DNA of 64,000 nucleotides from an uncultured Muribaculaceae bacterium. Lineage in GTDB: Bacteria; Bacillota_I; Bacilli_A; RF39; UBA660. Shown here one piece after another: positions 39,567 through 49,314 of this stretch (its first letter is position 1; every line of letters starts with the position of its first letter). The DNA lies in contig CAYJFJ010000001.1 of the NCBI GenBank assembly GCA_964369845.1, positions 42,044 to 106,043 of the forward strand, written 5' to 3'. The translations under genes and the position numbers were made by a program. The notes below the pieces were generated by a model, which was not told the DNA's origin, searched no databases, and saw nothing but the letters and a program-made list of their open reading frames with translations.

Positions 39567-40603
39567 TGGTAGGACTTGTACTTGAAGGTGGGGGAACAAA
39601 AGGAGCTTATCAAGTCGGAGCTTATCAAGCATTTTTAGATTGTAACATAAAAATAGATGGCGTGGTAGGAACATCTATAGGATCGTTCAATGCTGCTATG
39701 ATAGCTGCAGGTGAATTTGAAAAATTAAAAAGTTTTTGGTTAAAAGAAAATATGGGATTATTACTTGGATTTAATGAATTAAGTAAAATTAACAGAAGTC
39801 ATCCACTGGCAAATTTACAGGAAATGTTAGTACCTTTAAATAAATATATCGAAACTAAAGGTATACCTATAACTATACTTAAAAACAAAATATATTTATT
39901 ATTAGATGAAGAAAAGGTTAGAACTAGTACGATTGATTATGGTCTAGTAACATATAGATTAAATGACCAGAGGTTATTATATTTATTTAAAGAAGATATA
40001 CCAAAACATAAATTAGTAGATTACATATGTGCTAGTTGTTTCTTACCAGTATTTAAATTTGAAAAATTAGATGGTGAAAACTATTATATTGATGGTGGTT
40101 TTTACGATAATTCACCATCTAATATGTTAGATGAAAAAGGTTATGAAAAAATATACATAATATCATTAAAAGCACCGGGAGTAAGTGCTAAAAAAAATGA
40201 TAAAAGCAAAATAGTAACAATAAGTCCATCGCGTTATTTAGGTAGTATTTTAAATACAAATTTACAAAATATAGAAAAGAATATTGAAATGGGTTACTAT
40301 GATACATTAAAAGTACTAAAAAATTATGATGGATATAAGTTTTTATTTGCAAAAAGACCAAAGTGGTTTTATAATATAATGGTGAGAAAAGTTTCTTCAA
40401 GAACTTTAAGAAGAATAGAATCCTATTTTTTTACACGCAATAAAAAAACTTTAATATTAAAGTCTATTGAATATGTTTTACTTAAAGAAAAAGTAAAGTA
40501 TGGGAAAATATATAATCCAGAAGAAGAAATTCGTAGAATTAAAAAAATAGATAATGATATGATAGTATATAAATTTTTGAAGGAACTAAAAATATTTTTA
40601 TAA
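39554..40603 (+). CDS. Patatin-like phospholipase
   Basis: Oxyanion motif LVLEGGGTKGAYQVG. Nucleophile elbow GTSIGSFNAA (GxSxG). Dyad Asp region YYIDGGFYDNSP. Confidence 0.75.
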   Translation: MEKVMVGLVLEGGGTKGAYQVGAYQAFLDCNIKIDGVVGTSIGSFNAAMIAAGEFEKLKSFWLKENMGLLLGFNELSKINRSHPLANLQEMLVPLNKYIETKGIPITILKNKIYLLLDEEKVRTSTIDYGLVTYRLNDQRLLYLFKEDIPKHKLVDYICASCFLPVFKFEKLDGENYYIDGGFYDNSPSNMLDEKGYEKIYIISLKAPGVSAKKNDKSKIVTISPSRYLGSILNTNLQNIEKNIEMGYYDTLKVLKNYDGYKFLFAKRPKWFYNIMVRKVSSRTLRRIESYFFTRNKKTLILKSIEYVLLKEKVKYGKIYNPEEEIRRIKKIDNDMIVYKFLKELKIFL

Positions 40604-40621
40604 AAGAAAGAAGGAGAAAAT

Positions 40622-41338
40622 ATGGGAAGAGCATATGAAGTAAGAAAAGCAAGTATTTTAAAAACTGGAGCAGCTAAGGGTAAAATATATACAACTTATG
40701 CAAAAGAAATATATTTGGTAGCTAAAAAAGGAGCACCTGATCCGGAAGCTAATGATTCTTTAAGAAGAATAATAGAAAAAGCAAAAAAGGAACAAGTGCC
40801 AAATGATATAATTCAAAGGGCTATTGATAAAGCAAAAGGTGCTGGTGGAGACGATTACTCTGAAGTTGTTTATGAAGGATTTGGTCCTGGAGCATCAACG
40901 CTTATAATTAAAACTTTAACAGATAATGTTAATAGAACAGTAGGAATGGTTAGAGCATCATTTAATAAACTTAATAAAAGTTTAGGAGTAAATAACTCAG
41001 TATCATATAACTATGATTATTTGGCTGTAGTATCAGTTAAAGAAGATGAAGAAAAAATATTTAATGCATTAATTGAAAATGATATAGATCCACTTGATAT
41101 GGAAACTGAGGAAGATTTAGTAACTATTAGTGTACATCCAAGAGATTATGATAAATTAAAAGGAGCACTTGAAAGTATTAATTCTGAAGTGAATTATGAA
41201 TATGATGAAGTAGGAATGTTTGCAAAAGATGAAGTAGAACTTGTAGGAGAAGATTTAGAAAATTTCCAAAAGTTATATAGATTACTTGACGAAATAGATG
41301 ATGTAACAAACATTTATCATAATGTAAAAGGTTTATAA
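40622..41338 (+). CDS. YebC/PmpR-family transcriptional regulator
   Basis: N-terminus MGRAYEVRKASILKTGAAKGKIYTTYAKEI. Confidence 0.85.
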   Translation: MGRAYEVRKASILKTGAAKGKIYTTYAKEIYLVAKKGAPDPEANDSLRRIIEKAKKEQVPNDIIQRAIDKAKGAGGDDYSEVVYEGFGPGASTLIIKTLTDNVNRTVGMVRASFNKLNKSLGVNNSVSYNYDYLAVVSVKEDEEKIFNALIENDIDPLDMETEEDLVTISVHPRDYDKLKGALESINSEVNYEYDEVGMFAKDEVELVGEDLENFQKLYRLLDEIDDVTNIYHNVKGL

Positions 41339-41388
41339 AGTTTAGTTAAAGGCTTGAAAAAAATAAATATATTTTATATAATAGATTT

Positions 41389-41540
41389 GTTAGCAAAGAA
41401 GGAATTTACGACTCTGGAGCTAAATCGGTGAAAATCGTTAATATTTTAAGAGTATGTTAAAACATAAATTAAGGTGGTACCGCGGAAAATTATTTCGTCC
41501 TTATCCAAACCTTAATTTATGTTTTTTATTTTAGGAAGGA
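41389..41540 (+). ncRNA. T-box riboswitch leader. The specifier is probably UAC (Tyr).
   Basis: Promoter TTGAAA (41354-41359), 17-nt spacer, TATAAT (41377-41382). T-box consensus AAATTAAGGTGGTACCGCGG at 41466-41485. Terminator stem aaattaagg/ccttaattt plus a T-run at 41510-41527. TAC at 41407-41409. Confidence 0.6.
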
Positions 41541-41544
41541 AAAT

Positions 41545-42165
41545 ATGATAAAAAGAGTAATATTTGATATAGACAGTACACTTTTAGAAAGTGAAAAAGA
41601 TTGGATGAATGCATATCAAAAACACATAGAAAATTCATCTTTTAAATTTTCAGTTATTGATTTATATATAGCGTTAGATAAATTCGACCATACTGAGCTT
41701 GAATTTAATTTAGAAAACATGGCAAAGTTCTTAAGTGAGGAATTAAATGAAGAAATAAGTGTAAGTGATATAGTAAAAATAAATGAAAGTATAAGTAATG
41801 AAGCTACACTTATAAGTAGTAAAACAAATGAAGTTTTAGAGTATTTAAAAGGAAAGTATGAGTTATATAGTTTAACAAATTGGTTAACAAAGTGCCAAGT
41901 TAAAAGATTAGAAAAAGTAAAAATAGATTCTTATTTCGAAAAAATTTATGGAATAGATACACTAGGAAGAAAACCTGATGTTGAAGTATTTAGGAAAATA
42001 TGTGAACCATATAATTATAATGAATGTGTAATGATTGGTGATAGTTTTAGAAACGATATAGAAGTGCCGGATAAATTAGGTATGAAAACATATTATTTAA
42101 GTAATGAAGAAAAAGAAGGATACAAGACAATTAAATCAATAGATGACTTAATGGAAATTTTATAG
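41545..42165 (+). CDS. HAD-superfamily hydrolase
   Basis: Motif I VIFDIDSTL. C-terminal motif MIGDSFRNDIEV. Confidence 0.6.
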   Translation: MIKRVIFDIDSTLLESEKDWMNAYQKHIENSSFKFSVIDLYIALDKFDHTELEFNLENMAKFLSEELNEEISVSDIVKINESISNEATLISSKTNEVLEYLKGKYELYSLTNWLTKCQVKRLEKVKIDSYFEKIYGIDTLGRKPDVEVFRKICEPYNYNECVMIGDSFRNDIEVPDKLGMKTYYLSNEEKEGYKTIKSIDDLMEIL

Positions 42166-42174
42166 GAGGAAAAA

Positions 42175-43410
42175 ATGAATATATTTGAAGATTTAAAATA
42201 CAGGGGAGCAATAAAAGATAGTTCAACTACTGAGCTTGAAAAAAAAATAACAGAAGAAGTAGTAACATTTTACTGGGGAACAGATCCAACAGCAGATAGT
42301 TTACATTTAGGACATTATTCATCATTAGTAACTGCAAAACGTTTAGCAAAAGCTGGGCATAATCCTATATTATTAGTAGGAGGAGCAACTGGGTTAATAG
42401 GAGATCCTAGACCTACGAGTGAAAGAACAATAATATCTAAAGAAGATGTAGCAAAAAATATTGAAGGAATTACAAAACAAGTAAAATTTATAATTGGTGA
42501 AAAGGCAGAAGTTGTAAATAATTATGATTGGTCTAAAGATATAAATTTCATAGATTTCTTAAGAGATTATGGTAAATATTTTAGTGTTAATTACATGTTA
42601 GATAAAGATATTATTAAAAGAAGATTAGAAACAGGAATAACATATACTGAATTTTCTTACATGATAATGCAGGCTCTAGATTTTGAATATTTATACAAAG
42701 AAAAAAACTGTACTATGCAAGTTGCTGGATCTGACCAGTGGGGAAATATAACAGCAGGTATAGAGTTAATTCGTAAAAAAAATGATGCTGAAGCATTTGG
42801 ATTTACAATGCCATTAATATTAGATAAATTTGGAAATAAATTTGGTAAAAGTGAAGGAAATGCATTATGGCTTGATAAAAATAAAACATCATCATATGCA
42901 TTATATCAATATTTAATAAATTTAGATGATGAAATGATTGTTCATTATTTAAAAGTGTTTACGTTCTTAACAAAAGAAGAAATTGAAAATATTGAAAAAG
43001 AACACTTAATAGCACCAGAAAAAAGAATAGCACAAAAAGCACTAGCTAAAGAAGTAATTACAGATATTCATTCGAAAGAAGATTTTGAAAGTGCTGAAAA
43101 AATAAGTGCATCACTTTTTAGTGAAAATATTTTTAATTTAACAGCAGATGAAATTATAAATTCATTAACTGGAGTAAAAAGTATAGAAATAAAAGAAGAA
43201 GAAATTTCTATAAATGAACTTTTAGTAAATTATCAAATTTGTACTAGTAAAAGAGAAGCTAGAGAAATGATTACATCAAATGCTATATCAGTTAATAATA
43301 TAAAAGTAACTGATTATGATAAAATTATAAATAAAAAAGATGCTATTGAAGAAAAAGTAATAGTAATAAAAAAAGGTAAGAAAAATTATTTTATAGGTAA
43401 ATTTAACTAA
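42175..43410 (+). CDS. tyrS: Tyrosine--tRNA ligase
   Basis: HIGH-type motif DSLHLGHY, KFGKSEG (KMSKS-type), and a C-terminal S4-like domain. Confidence 0.85.
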   Translation: MNIFEDLKYRGAIKDSSTTELEKKITEEVVTFYWGTDPTADSLHLGHYSSLVTAKRLAKAGHNPILLVGGATGLIGDPRPTSERTIISKEDVAKNIEGITKQVKFIIGEKAEVVNNYDWSKDINFIDFLRDYGKYFSVNYMLDKDIIKRRLETGITYTEFSYMIMQALDFEYLYKEKNCTMQVAGSDQWGNITAGIELIRKKNDAEAFGFTMPLILDKFGNKFGKSEGNALWLDKNKTSSYALYQYLINLDDEMIVHYLKVFTFLTKEEIENIEKEHLIAPEKRIAQKALAKEVITDIHSKEDFESAEKISASLFSENIFNLTADEIINSLTGVKSIEIKEEEISINELLVNYQICTSKREAREMITSNAISVNNIKVTDYDKIINKKDAIEEKVIVIKKGKKNYFIGKFN

Positions 43411-43457
43411 ATCAAAATCTTTCTTTTCATATAATATATGGAAAGGAGGGTTTTTTT

Positions 43458-43718
43458 ATGTTTTATAAAACAGAATATAAAAGTAGACCAAATGTTTTAC
43501 CACTTAGAAGTTATAACTCTCAATTAAATTACAAAGAGGGAGATAGATTTTTCTTGGCAGCACCATTTTTATTTGGAGCACTAGCAGGTGGCGCAATAGC
43601 GTCAGTTTCAAGACCAAGACCTGTGTATGTAAATCAACCAGTTCCATATTATAATCCAGCATATCCATCAGGAAGCACTAGTTATAATTATTATTACCCA
43701 GCGCCATACCCTAGGTAA
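43458..43718 (+). CDS. Small Tyr/Pro-rich protein (possibly spore-coat associated)
   Basis: 86 aa. C-terminus YYNPAYPSGSTSYNYYYPAPYPR. Confidence 0.35.
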   Translation: MFYKTEYKSRPNVLPLRSYNSQLNYKEGDRFFLAAPFLFGALAGGAIASVSRPRPVYVNQPVPYYNPAYPSGSTSYNYYYPAPYPR

Positions 43719-44808
43719 TTTTGATAAAAATTCCAACAAATATAAAATATATTAATAAAGAAGAACCTCCATATGATAAAAATGGCAGTGGTATACCCAT
43801 GATAGGTAGTAAACCTAAATTCATAAATGTATTATAAAAAAATTGGAAAGTAATTAACGATAAAAGTATTAAAGTAAATAATTTGTTATTTGCTTTTTTT
43901 AATTTTTCAAATAATATTACAAATATAAATAAATAAGAAACTAATACTAAAAGTGCTCCAAAAAAACCGAAATTACCAATGTTAAAAGCAAATATGAAAT
44001 CAGTAGGAGCCTCAGGAACATATAAAGTTATATTATTAAGTCCACTTCCAAAAAAAGAAGAAGAACCAATTAAAGTTAATGCATTTTCAAGTTGATAATT
44101 ATTTGAAAAATTAATTAATCTATCAATTCTATAAAATAAAGATGTACCCAAAACGTTAATTAATGTTTTACTATGAAAAAAATATAAATAGACAAAAAAA
44201 CTTATCAAGATAAATATACAAATTAATAATATAATTATCCATTTTTTGTTTATTTTTGAAGAAAAAATCGAAACAATATATATTATAAAGAAAAAAATTA
44301 TAGCACCAGTATCAGGTTCTATGAATACTAAAAAGGATGGTATTAAAAATAATATAGATAATTTAAGTAAAAAAAGAAAATCACTATTTTTATTTGATGT
44401 ATTATACTCATAAGTATAATAAGAAAAATACAAAGCTAGAGCAAGTTTCATAAACTCACTAGGCTGAAACGATATAAAACCAAAAGAAAACCACGCTTTT
44501 GAGCCATTAATATCTTTTCCAATAAAGAGTACTAAAATTAACAAAAAAATTCCAAATAGGTATATATAAAGACTTTTATTGAAGAAAAAATTTATATTAA
44601 ACTTTTGAATAATAAATATAATAAGAAAACCAGAAGTAAACCACATTAATTGTTTTAAGAAGTGATCATTATATATATCATCAAGTAAAGAAGCATTTAC
44701 CATATTTAGTAAACTAAAAATCATAATAATAGCTATAGGAATTAAAATATTATACTTTTTTATTATCTTCATAATATTATTATGGTACAAAAATCCATAA
44801 ATTAACAT
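43711..44808 (-). CDS. SEDS-family peptidoglycan glycosyltransferase (FtsW/RodA/SpoVE)
   Basis: Segments FQPSEFMKLALALYF and GIPLPFLSYGGSSLL. About 10 TM helices. Confidence 0.75.
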   Translation of the reverse strand: MLIYGFLYHNNIMKIIKKYNILIPIAIIMIFSLLNMVNASLLDDIYNDHFLKQLMWFTSGFLIIFIIQKFNINFFFNKSLYIYLFGIFLLILVLFIGKDINGSKAWFSFGFISFQPSEFMKLALALYFSYYTYEYNTSNKNSDFLFLLKLSILFLIPSFLVFIEPDTGAIIFFFIIYIVSIFSSKINKKWIIILLICIFILISFFVYLYFFHSKTLINVLGTSLFYRIDRLINFSNNYQLENALTLIGSSSFFGSGLNNITLYVPEAPTDFIFAFNIGNFGFFGALLVLVSYLFIFVILFEKLKKANNKLFTLILLSLITFQFFYNTFMNLGLLPIMGIPLPFLSYGGSSLLIYFIFVGIFIKIT

Positions 44809-44830
44809 ATTTTATATTAAAGGTGGAGTT

Positions 44831-45121
44831 ATGAAAGAATTACCAAGGGTATATGTTAACCCAATTGAAAAAGAATTTAGAAATGTTCAAACAAAGACAA
44901 ATGCTAAAGAAAAGTTAAATAAATTAGATGTAAGAAATTTATCAATGAAAATAAAAGATATATTTAATTCAAGTAATTATATTTATAAAAAGAAAGTAAA
45001 AATAACTTTACAAAATACACAGATAGAAGAAGTAATAGTGGGAAAAACAAAAGATTATTTATTAACTTATGAAGGAAAAAAAATAAGAATAAACGACATA
45101 TACGATATAGAATACGCATAA
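44831..45121 (+). CDS. Hypothetical protein of 96 aa
   Basis: ORF with an RBS. No recognisable motif. Confidence 0.4.
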   Translation: MKELPRVYVNPIEKEFRNVQTKTNAKEKLNKLDVRNLSMKIKDIFNSSNYIYKKKVKITLQNTQIEEVIVGKTKDYLLTYEGKKIRINDIYDIEYA

Positions 45122-45131
45122 AAAAAATATA

Positions 45132-45458
45132 TTAAAGTAAGTCTTCAATATATTTTTTTAATGTTCTAGCTTTTTTATCAAAAATAATTTTTAATTGATT
45201 TTCAATTTCTACTACACCTTTAGCACCAAGTTTGGTAATCGCATCTTTATCAGCTTTAGAAATGTCTTTTAAAATGACTTTAAGTCTACTCATATTACAT
45301 TCAGCATTAACGATATTATCTTTACCTCCAAGGTATGTAATAAGTTTATTAGCTTCAACAGAAAAATTCTTTTTGTTTAATTTAGCTATTACTAATACAA
45401 TGATTAATAAAATAAATGCTATTAATCCATATTGTAAAACTATATTCATCTTTATCAC
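45132..45458 (-). CDS. Membrane-anchored stand-alone PTS EIIB(Glc)-like domain protein
   Basis: N-terminal TM helix, then ITYLGGKDNIVNAECNMSRLKVILKD...LGAKGVV. Compare PtsG EIIB FGGKENITNLDACITRLRV...LGAAGVV. The phospho-Cys context is conserved. The + ORF 45232..45492 is antisense. Confidence 0.55.
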   Translation of the reverse strand: MIKMNIVLQYGLIAFILLIIVLVIAKLNKKNFSVEANKLITYLGGKDNIVNAECNMSRLKVILKDISKADKDAITKLGAKGVVEIENQLKIIFDKKARTLKKYIEDLL

Positions 45459-45498
45459 CTATAAAAATTATACTACAAATAAAAAAAAATAACTAGTA

Positions 45499-45861
45499 TT
45501 AGTTAATTTTTTCATTAATTTGACTTAAATGTTCAAGTGTAAGTGCGTACCACAAAATAAACGCTTCGGTAATTAAAGCTGCTATTATCATAAAAATTAT
45601 AAAAACAATAGCAGATAACATTATATAGCCTTCGCCAGAACTAACAGCAGCAATAAACATTACAAATGCAGATATAAAGAATAACCATTTTATAATTGTA
45701 GCATAGCTTTTAATTCTAGAAATGGTATTAGTAGTGCTGTTTCTTAGCTGAGTTGGAACTGAAGATTTTTTTGATTTACTAGCAGTAAGTTTAGTACCAC
45801 AGCTCAAACAAAATTTAGCTTCATTTTCATTTTCGAAATCGCAATTATTACATCTTTTCAT
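45499..45861 (-). CDS. Zinc-ribbon small membrane protein
   Basis: N-terminus MKRCNNCDFENENEAKFCLSCGTKL plus two TM helices. Confidence 0.5.
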   Translation of the reverse strand: MKRCNNCDFENENEAKFCLSCGTKLTASKSKKSSVPTQLRNSTTNTISRIKSYATIIKWLFFISAFVMFIAAVSSGEGYIMLSAIVFIIFMIIAALITEAFILWYALTLEHLSQINEKIN

Positions 45862-45939
45862 ACATACTCCTTTAAAGTATTATACCATGTATAATAAATT
45901 TAAGTAATCACAATTTGCAATATTTAACATAAATTACTA

Positions 45940-46401
45940 ATGAAATACGAAAGGATGAAATATATGAATAATACAAACCAAACTAACTGCATAGTAGACA
46001 TTTTAAATGTAATTTTAGTACTTCAAGATAACGCTTGTCCTGAAAATTGTTTAGATACTTGCGATAGACCAATTTTAGGCGGGGGACCAAACTGTTTAAT
46101 TTGTAATACTAGACCAGTAATGCTATTTACTTGTTCTGGTAATGGAACACCATGGTCTATGCCAATATCAAAAGATGCTATTACTAATTGTTCAGGCGAA
46201 TCAGTAACAGATGATTGTTCAACAGTATTTAGAGTAGAGAAAATTGATTGTGGATGTGTAACATTCAGAGTTCTAGCGGCTAATCCAGATGATACAAGTT
46301 TATATCCATACATCGCAACAAATTCATTTTTCACAATGGATACATCTTGTATATGTGCTCTAAGATGCTTAAATGATACATATGTAGACTGCGTTTGCTA
46401 A
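45940..46401 (+). CDS. CotZ/CotY/ExsY-family cysteine-rich spore coat/exosporium protein
   Basis: Segments NTRPVMLFT...TVFRVEKIDCGCVTFRVL...TSCICALRCLND. Compare CotZ NTRPF...FFRVE...CFCAINCL. Confidence 0.7.
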   Translation: MKYERMKYMNNTNQTNCIVDILNVILVLQDNACPENCLDTCDRPILGGGPNCLICNTRPVMLFTCSGNGTPWSMPISKDAITNCSGESVTDDCSTVFRVEKIDCGCVTFRVLAANPDDTSLYPYIATNSFFTMDTSCICALRCLNDTYVDCVC

Positions 46402-46438
46402 AAAGCTAGTTTTACTAGTTTTTTTTTTGGAATAAATA

Positions 46439-46843
46439 TTGTATAATCATATTAGAGGTATAATTATGAATAGTAAAGGATTTACATTAATAGAGCTACT
46501 AGGTGTGATAGCAGTTCTTGCAATTGTATCAATTATAGGTTTAGTAGGGTATAATGTAGTAAATGATAATTTGAAAGAAACTTCTTACGAAAACTTAATA
46601 CTTCTAATAGAAACAAAAGCAAAAGATTACGCTATGGATAACAATATAGAGTTATCAGCAGTAATAACAGTAGATGATTTAGTAAAAGAAGGATATTTAG
46701 AAACAGAAGCAAATGGCACTGTAATAAATCCAGTTACTAACAAAAAAATAAATTGTAATGAAATTATAATAACTAAAATTAATGGGGATTATATAATAGA
46801 AATTGATATTAAAAGAAGTGAAGAAATAACAAAAGTTTGTTAG
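46439..46843 (+). CDS. Type IV prepilin/pseudopilin (ComGC-like) with an N-terminal methylation motif
   Basis: Motif KGFTLIELLGVIAVLAIVSII. Orphan: no other pilus or competence genes are adjacent. Confidence 0.65.
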   Translation: MYNHIRGIIMNSKGFTLIELLGVIAVLAIVSIIGLVGYNVVNDNLKETSYENLILLIETKAKDYAMDNNIELSAVITVDDLVKEGYLETEANGTVINPVTNKKINCNEIIITKINGDYIIEIDIKRSEEITKVC

Positions 46844-46904
46844 TAGTCACTTCTTTTTATTTTAATATAACATTTATTGGTGTATAATAAATTTAGGAGT
46901 TTTT

Positions 46905-48056
46905 ATGGAAAAAATAATACAAAATATGCTAGCAAAAGAATCTCATTTAAGTGCTTATGCCTGTAAAAGTGAAGATGGAAAAAGATTCAAAGAAGATATG
47001 CCAGACATTAGATCAACGTTTTTTAGAGACACAGACAAAATTATTTATGCGTTATCGTATGCAAGATACATGGATAAAACGCAGGTGTTCACATATAGAA
47101 GAACTGATCATGTAACAAAGCGAATGCTGCATGTCCAGCTTGTTAGTAAAATAGCACGAACAATAGGAAGAGCACTATCACTAAATGAAGATTTAATAGA
47201 AGCTGCAGCACTTGGGCATGACCTTGGGCATGTGCCATTTGGTCATGTTGGAGAAATATATTTAGATGAAATAAGTCAAAAACATAATGAAGGATTTTTT
47301 AAACATAATATTCATAGTGTCAGATTATTAATGAATATTGAAAACTATGGAAAAGGTTTAAATATAACATATCAAGTTTTAGATGCTATTATGTGTCACA
47401 ATGGAGAAATATTAGATAGAAATTATGCTCCAAAAGAAAAAACAATAGAAGAGTTTTTAAATGATTATAACTCATCATATAAGGGGCACGTTGCTTTAGT
47501 TCCAAATACATTAGAAGGATGTGTTGTTAGAATAAGTGATTTCATCGCATACATTGGAAGAGATTTAGATGACGGAATATCACTTGGTTTAATAAACAAA
47601 GAAAGTATACCTGAAGAAATAAAAACACTACTAGGAAATAGTACAAAAGATATTGTAAATAACATAATTATGGATGTAGTAAACAATAGTATAAATAAAC
47701 CATATATTAAAATAAGTGATGAGATATATGAAGCAATTCAAAAATTGAAATCATTTAATTTTGAAAACATTTATTATAAAGCATATACTGATGAAGAAAG
47801 AAAACATATTAAAAGTATGTTTAATACACTATTTGAAAAATATGTTAAAGATATAAAAGAAAATAATGATCAGTCAGTAATACTAAAGAAATATTTAGTT
47901 TCGATGAGTGATGAATATAAAAAAAATACACCAGAAAGAATAGCACTTGATTATATAGCGGGTATGACAGATGATTATTTTTTAAAACAATATAACTTAA
48001 TAAATAAAAATATTATAAAAGATAATACTAAGAAAGAGGTGTTGGATGGAATATAG
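46905..48056 (+). CDS. HD-domain phosphohydrolase (dGTPase-like)
   Basis: Segment AALGHDLGHVPFGHVGE. Confidence 0.65.
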   Translation: MEKIIQNMLAKESHLSAYACKSEDGKRFKEDMPDIRSTFFRDTDKIIYALSYARYMDKTQVFTYRRTDHVTKRMLHVQLVSKIARTIGRALSLNEDLIEAAALGHDLGHVPFGHVGEIYLDEISQKHNEGFFKHNIHSVRLLMNIENYGKGLNITYQVLDAIMCHNGEILDRNYAPKEKTIEEFLNDYNSSYKGHVALVPNTLEGCVVRISDFIAYIGRDLDDGISLGLINKESIPEEIKTLLGNSTKDIVNNIIMDVVNNSINKPYIKISDEIYEAIQKLKSFNFENIYYKAYTDEERKHIKSMFNTLFEKYVKDIKENNDQSVILKKYLVSMSDEYKKNTPERIALDYIAGMTDDYFLKQYNLINKNIIKDNTKKEVLDGI

Positions 48057-49314
48057 AGATTATGATTTAAATTCATACAGATTACATGTAGTAAAATCCG
48101 ATAAAGCAAAGACATGTCACATGGAAGTGCATTTTAGGGATAAAGTAGATAAGAAAAATATACACTATAAATCTTTTTTAAGTGATATATTAACAGATTG
48201 CTCAAAGGAGTATGATACAAGAAAATCAGTAGTAATAAAACTAGAAGAATTATATAAGTCTTCATTTTATGGAACGGTAAGTAAAACAGGCGCAGTAATA
48301 AACACAATGTTTATATATAATTTTATAGCTCCGGAATATATAAGTGAAAAAAATTATTTAGAAGAAGTTTTAGATATGCCTTTTAAAATGATTTTAAATC
48401 CTAAAGTTATAAATAAAGAGTTTGAATTAAAAACATTTAATGTAGTTAAAGAAAGAATGAAACGTGATATAGAAAGTATGAATGAAAATCCTACTAAATT
48501 ATCTATTTCAAGAGCTTTAAATACTATGGATAAAGATAGTGTAACAAGTTATTCAGTACTTGGAACACTTGATACTTTAGAAGATATTACACCAGTAACA
48601 TTATATAAAGAATATGAAAACATGATAAAAAATAATTATTGTGATATATTTATAATAGGTAATTTAGATTTTGATGAAGTATATAAAGTAGTATCTAAAA
48701 AGTTTAAACTTAAAACTATTAAAACTAATAAACTTGAAATGGATGTAAAAAATAAAGTAGCAAAAAAACCGGTTATAAAAGATGATACTTCATTATTTGT
48801 TCAATCTAATTTAAATGTAATTTATAATTTAGATAATTTTACTCAAGAAGAGAAAAATATAACTATGCAAGTATTTAATTATATTTTAGGTTCAGGAGGA
48901 TTATCATCAAAACTATATAAAAAACTTCGTGAAGAAAATTCACTATGTTATGGTGTTTATAGTATGTTCTTAAAGTATGATTCTATTTTATTAGTTCAAG
49001 TATCACTTGATGAAAAAAATAGAGAACTTGCAATTAGTTTAATAAAAGAATGTTTAAAAGAAATGATAAAAGGAAATTTTACCGAAGAAGATTTAACTGA
49101 TGCAAAAAATAATTTGTTATTATCACTACAAATGACATTAGATAACAATGTAGCAACATTATCAAATTACATATTCAGAAAATATTATAATCTTCCTACA
49201 ATTGAAGATAGGATGAAACTACTAAAAGAAGTAACTAAAGAAGATTTAATGAAGTTAGCTAAGAAAATAAAGTTAAATACAATTTATACTTTAAAAGGTG
49301 GTGAAAAATCATGA
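48046..49314 (+). CDS. M16-family peptidase, non-catalytic partner subunit
   Basis: M16-like length and organisation but no HxxEH motif. Overlaps the next gene. Confidence 0.55.
   Translation: MEYRDYDLNSYRLHVVKSDKAKTCHMEVHFRDKVDKKNIHYKSFLSDILTDCSKEYDTRKSVVIKLEELYKSSFYGTVSKTGAVINTMFIYNFIAPEYISEKNYLEEVLDMPFKMILNPKVINKEFELKTFNVVKERMKRDIESMNENPTKLSISRALNTMDKDSVTSYSVLGTLDTLEDITPVTLYKEYENMIKNNYCDIFIIGNLDFDEVYKVVSKKFKLKTIKTNKLEMDVKNKVAKKPVIKDDTSLFVQSNLNVIYNLDNFTQEEKNITMQVFNYILGSGGLSSKLYKKLREENSLCYGVYSMFLKYDSILLVQVSLDEKNRELAISLIKECLKEMIKGNFTEEDLTDAKNNLLLSLQMTLDNNVATLSNYIFRKYYNLPTIEDRMKLLKEVTKEDLMKLAKKIKLNTIYTLKGGEKS

Noticed and set aside
45232-45492. 86-aa + ORF
   Set aside because: It is antisense to the EIIB-like gene, which has a conserved domain. 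It has no RBS.
46023-46334. 103-aa minus ORF inside the CotZ-like gene
   Set aside because: Antisense to a gene with a clear family signature.
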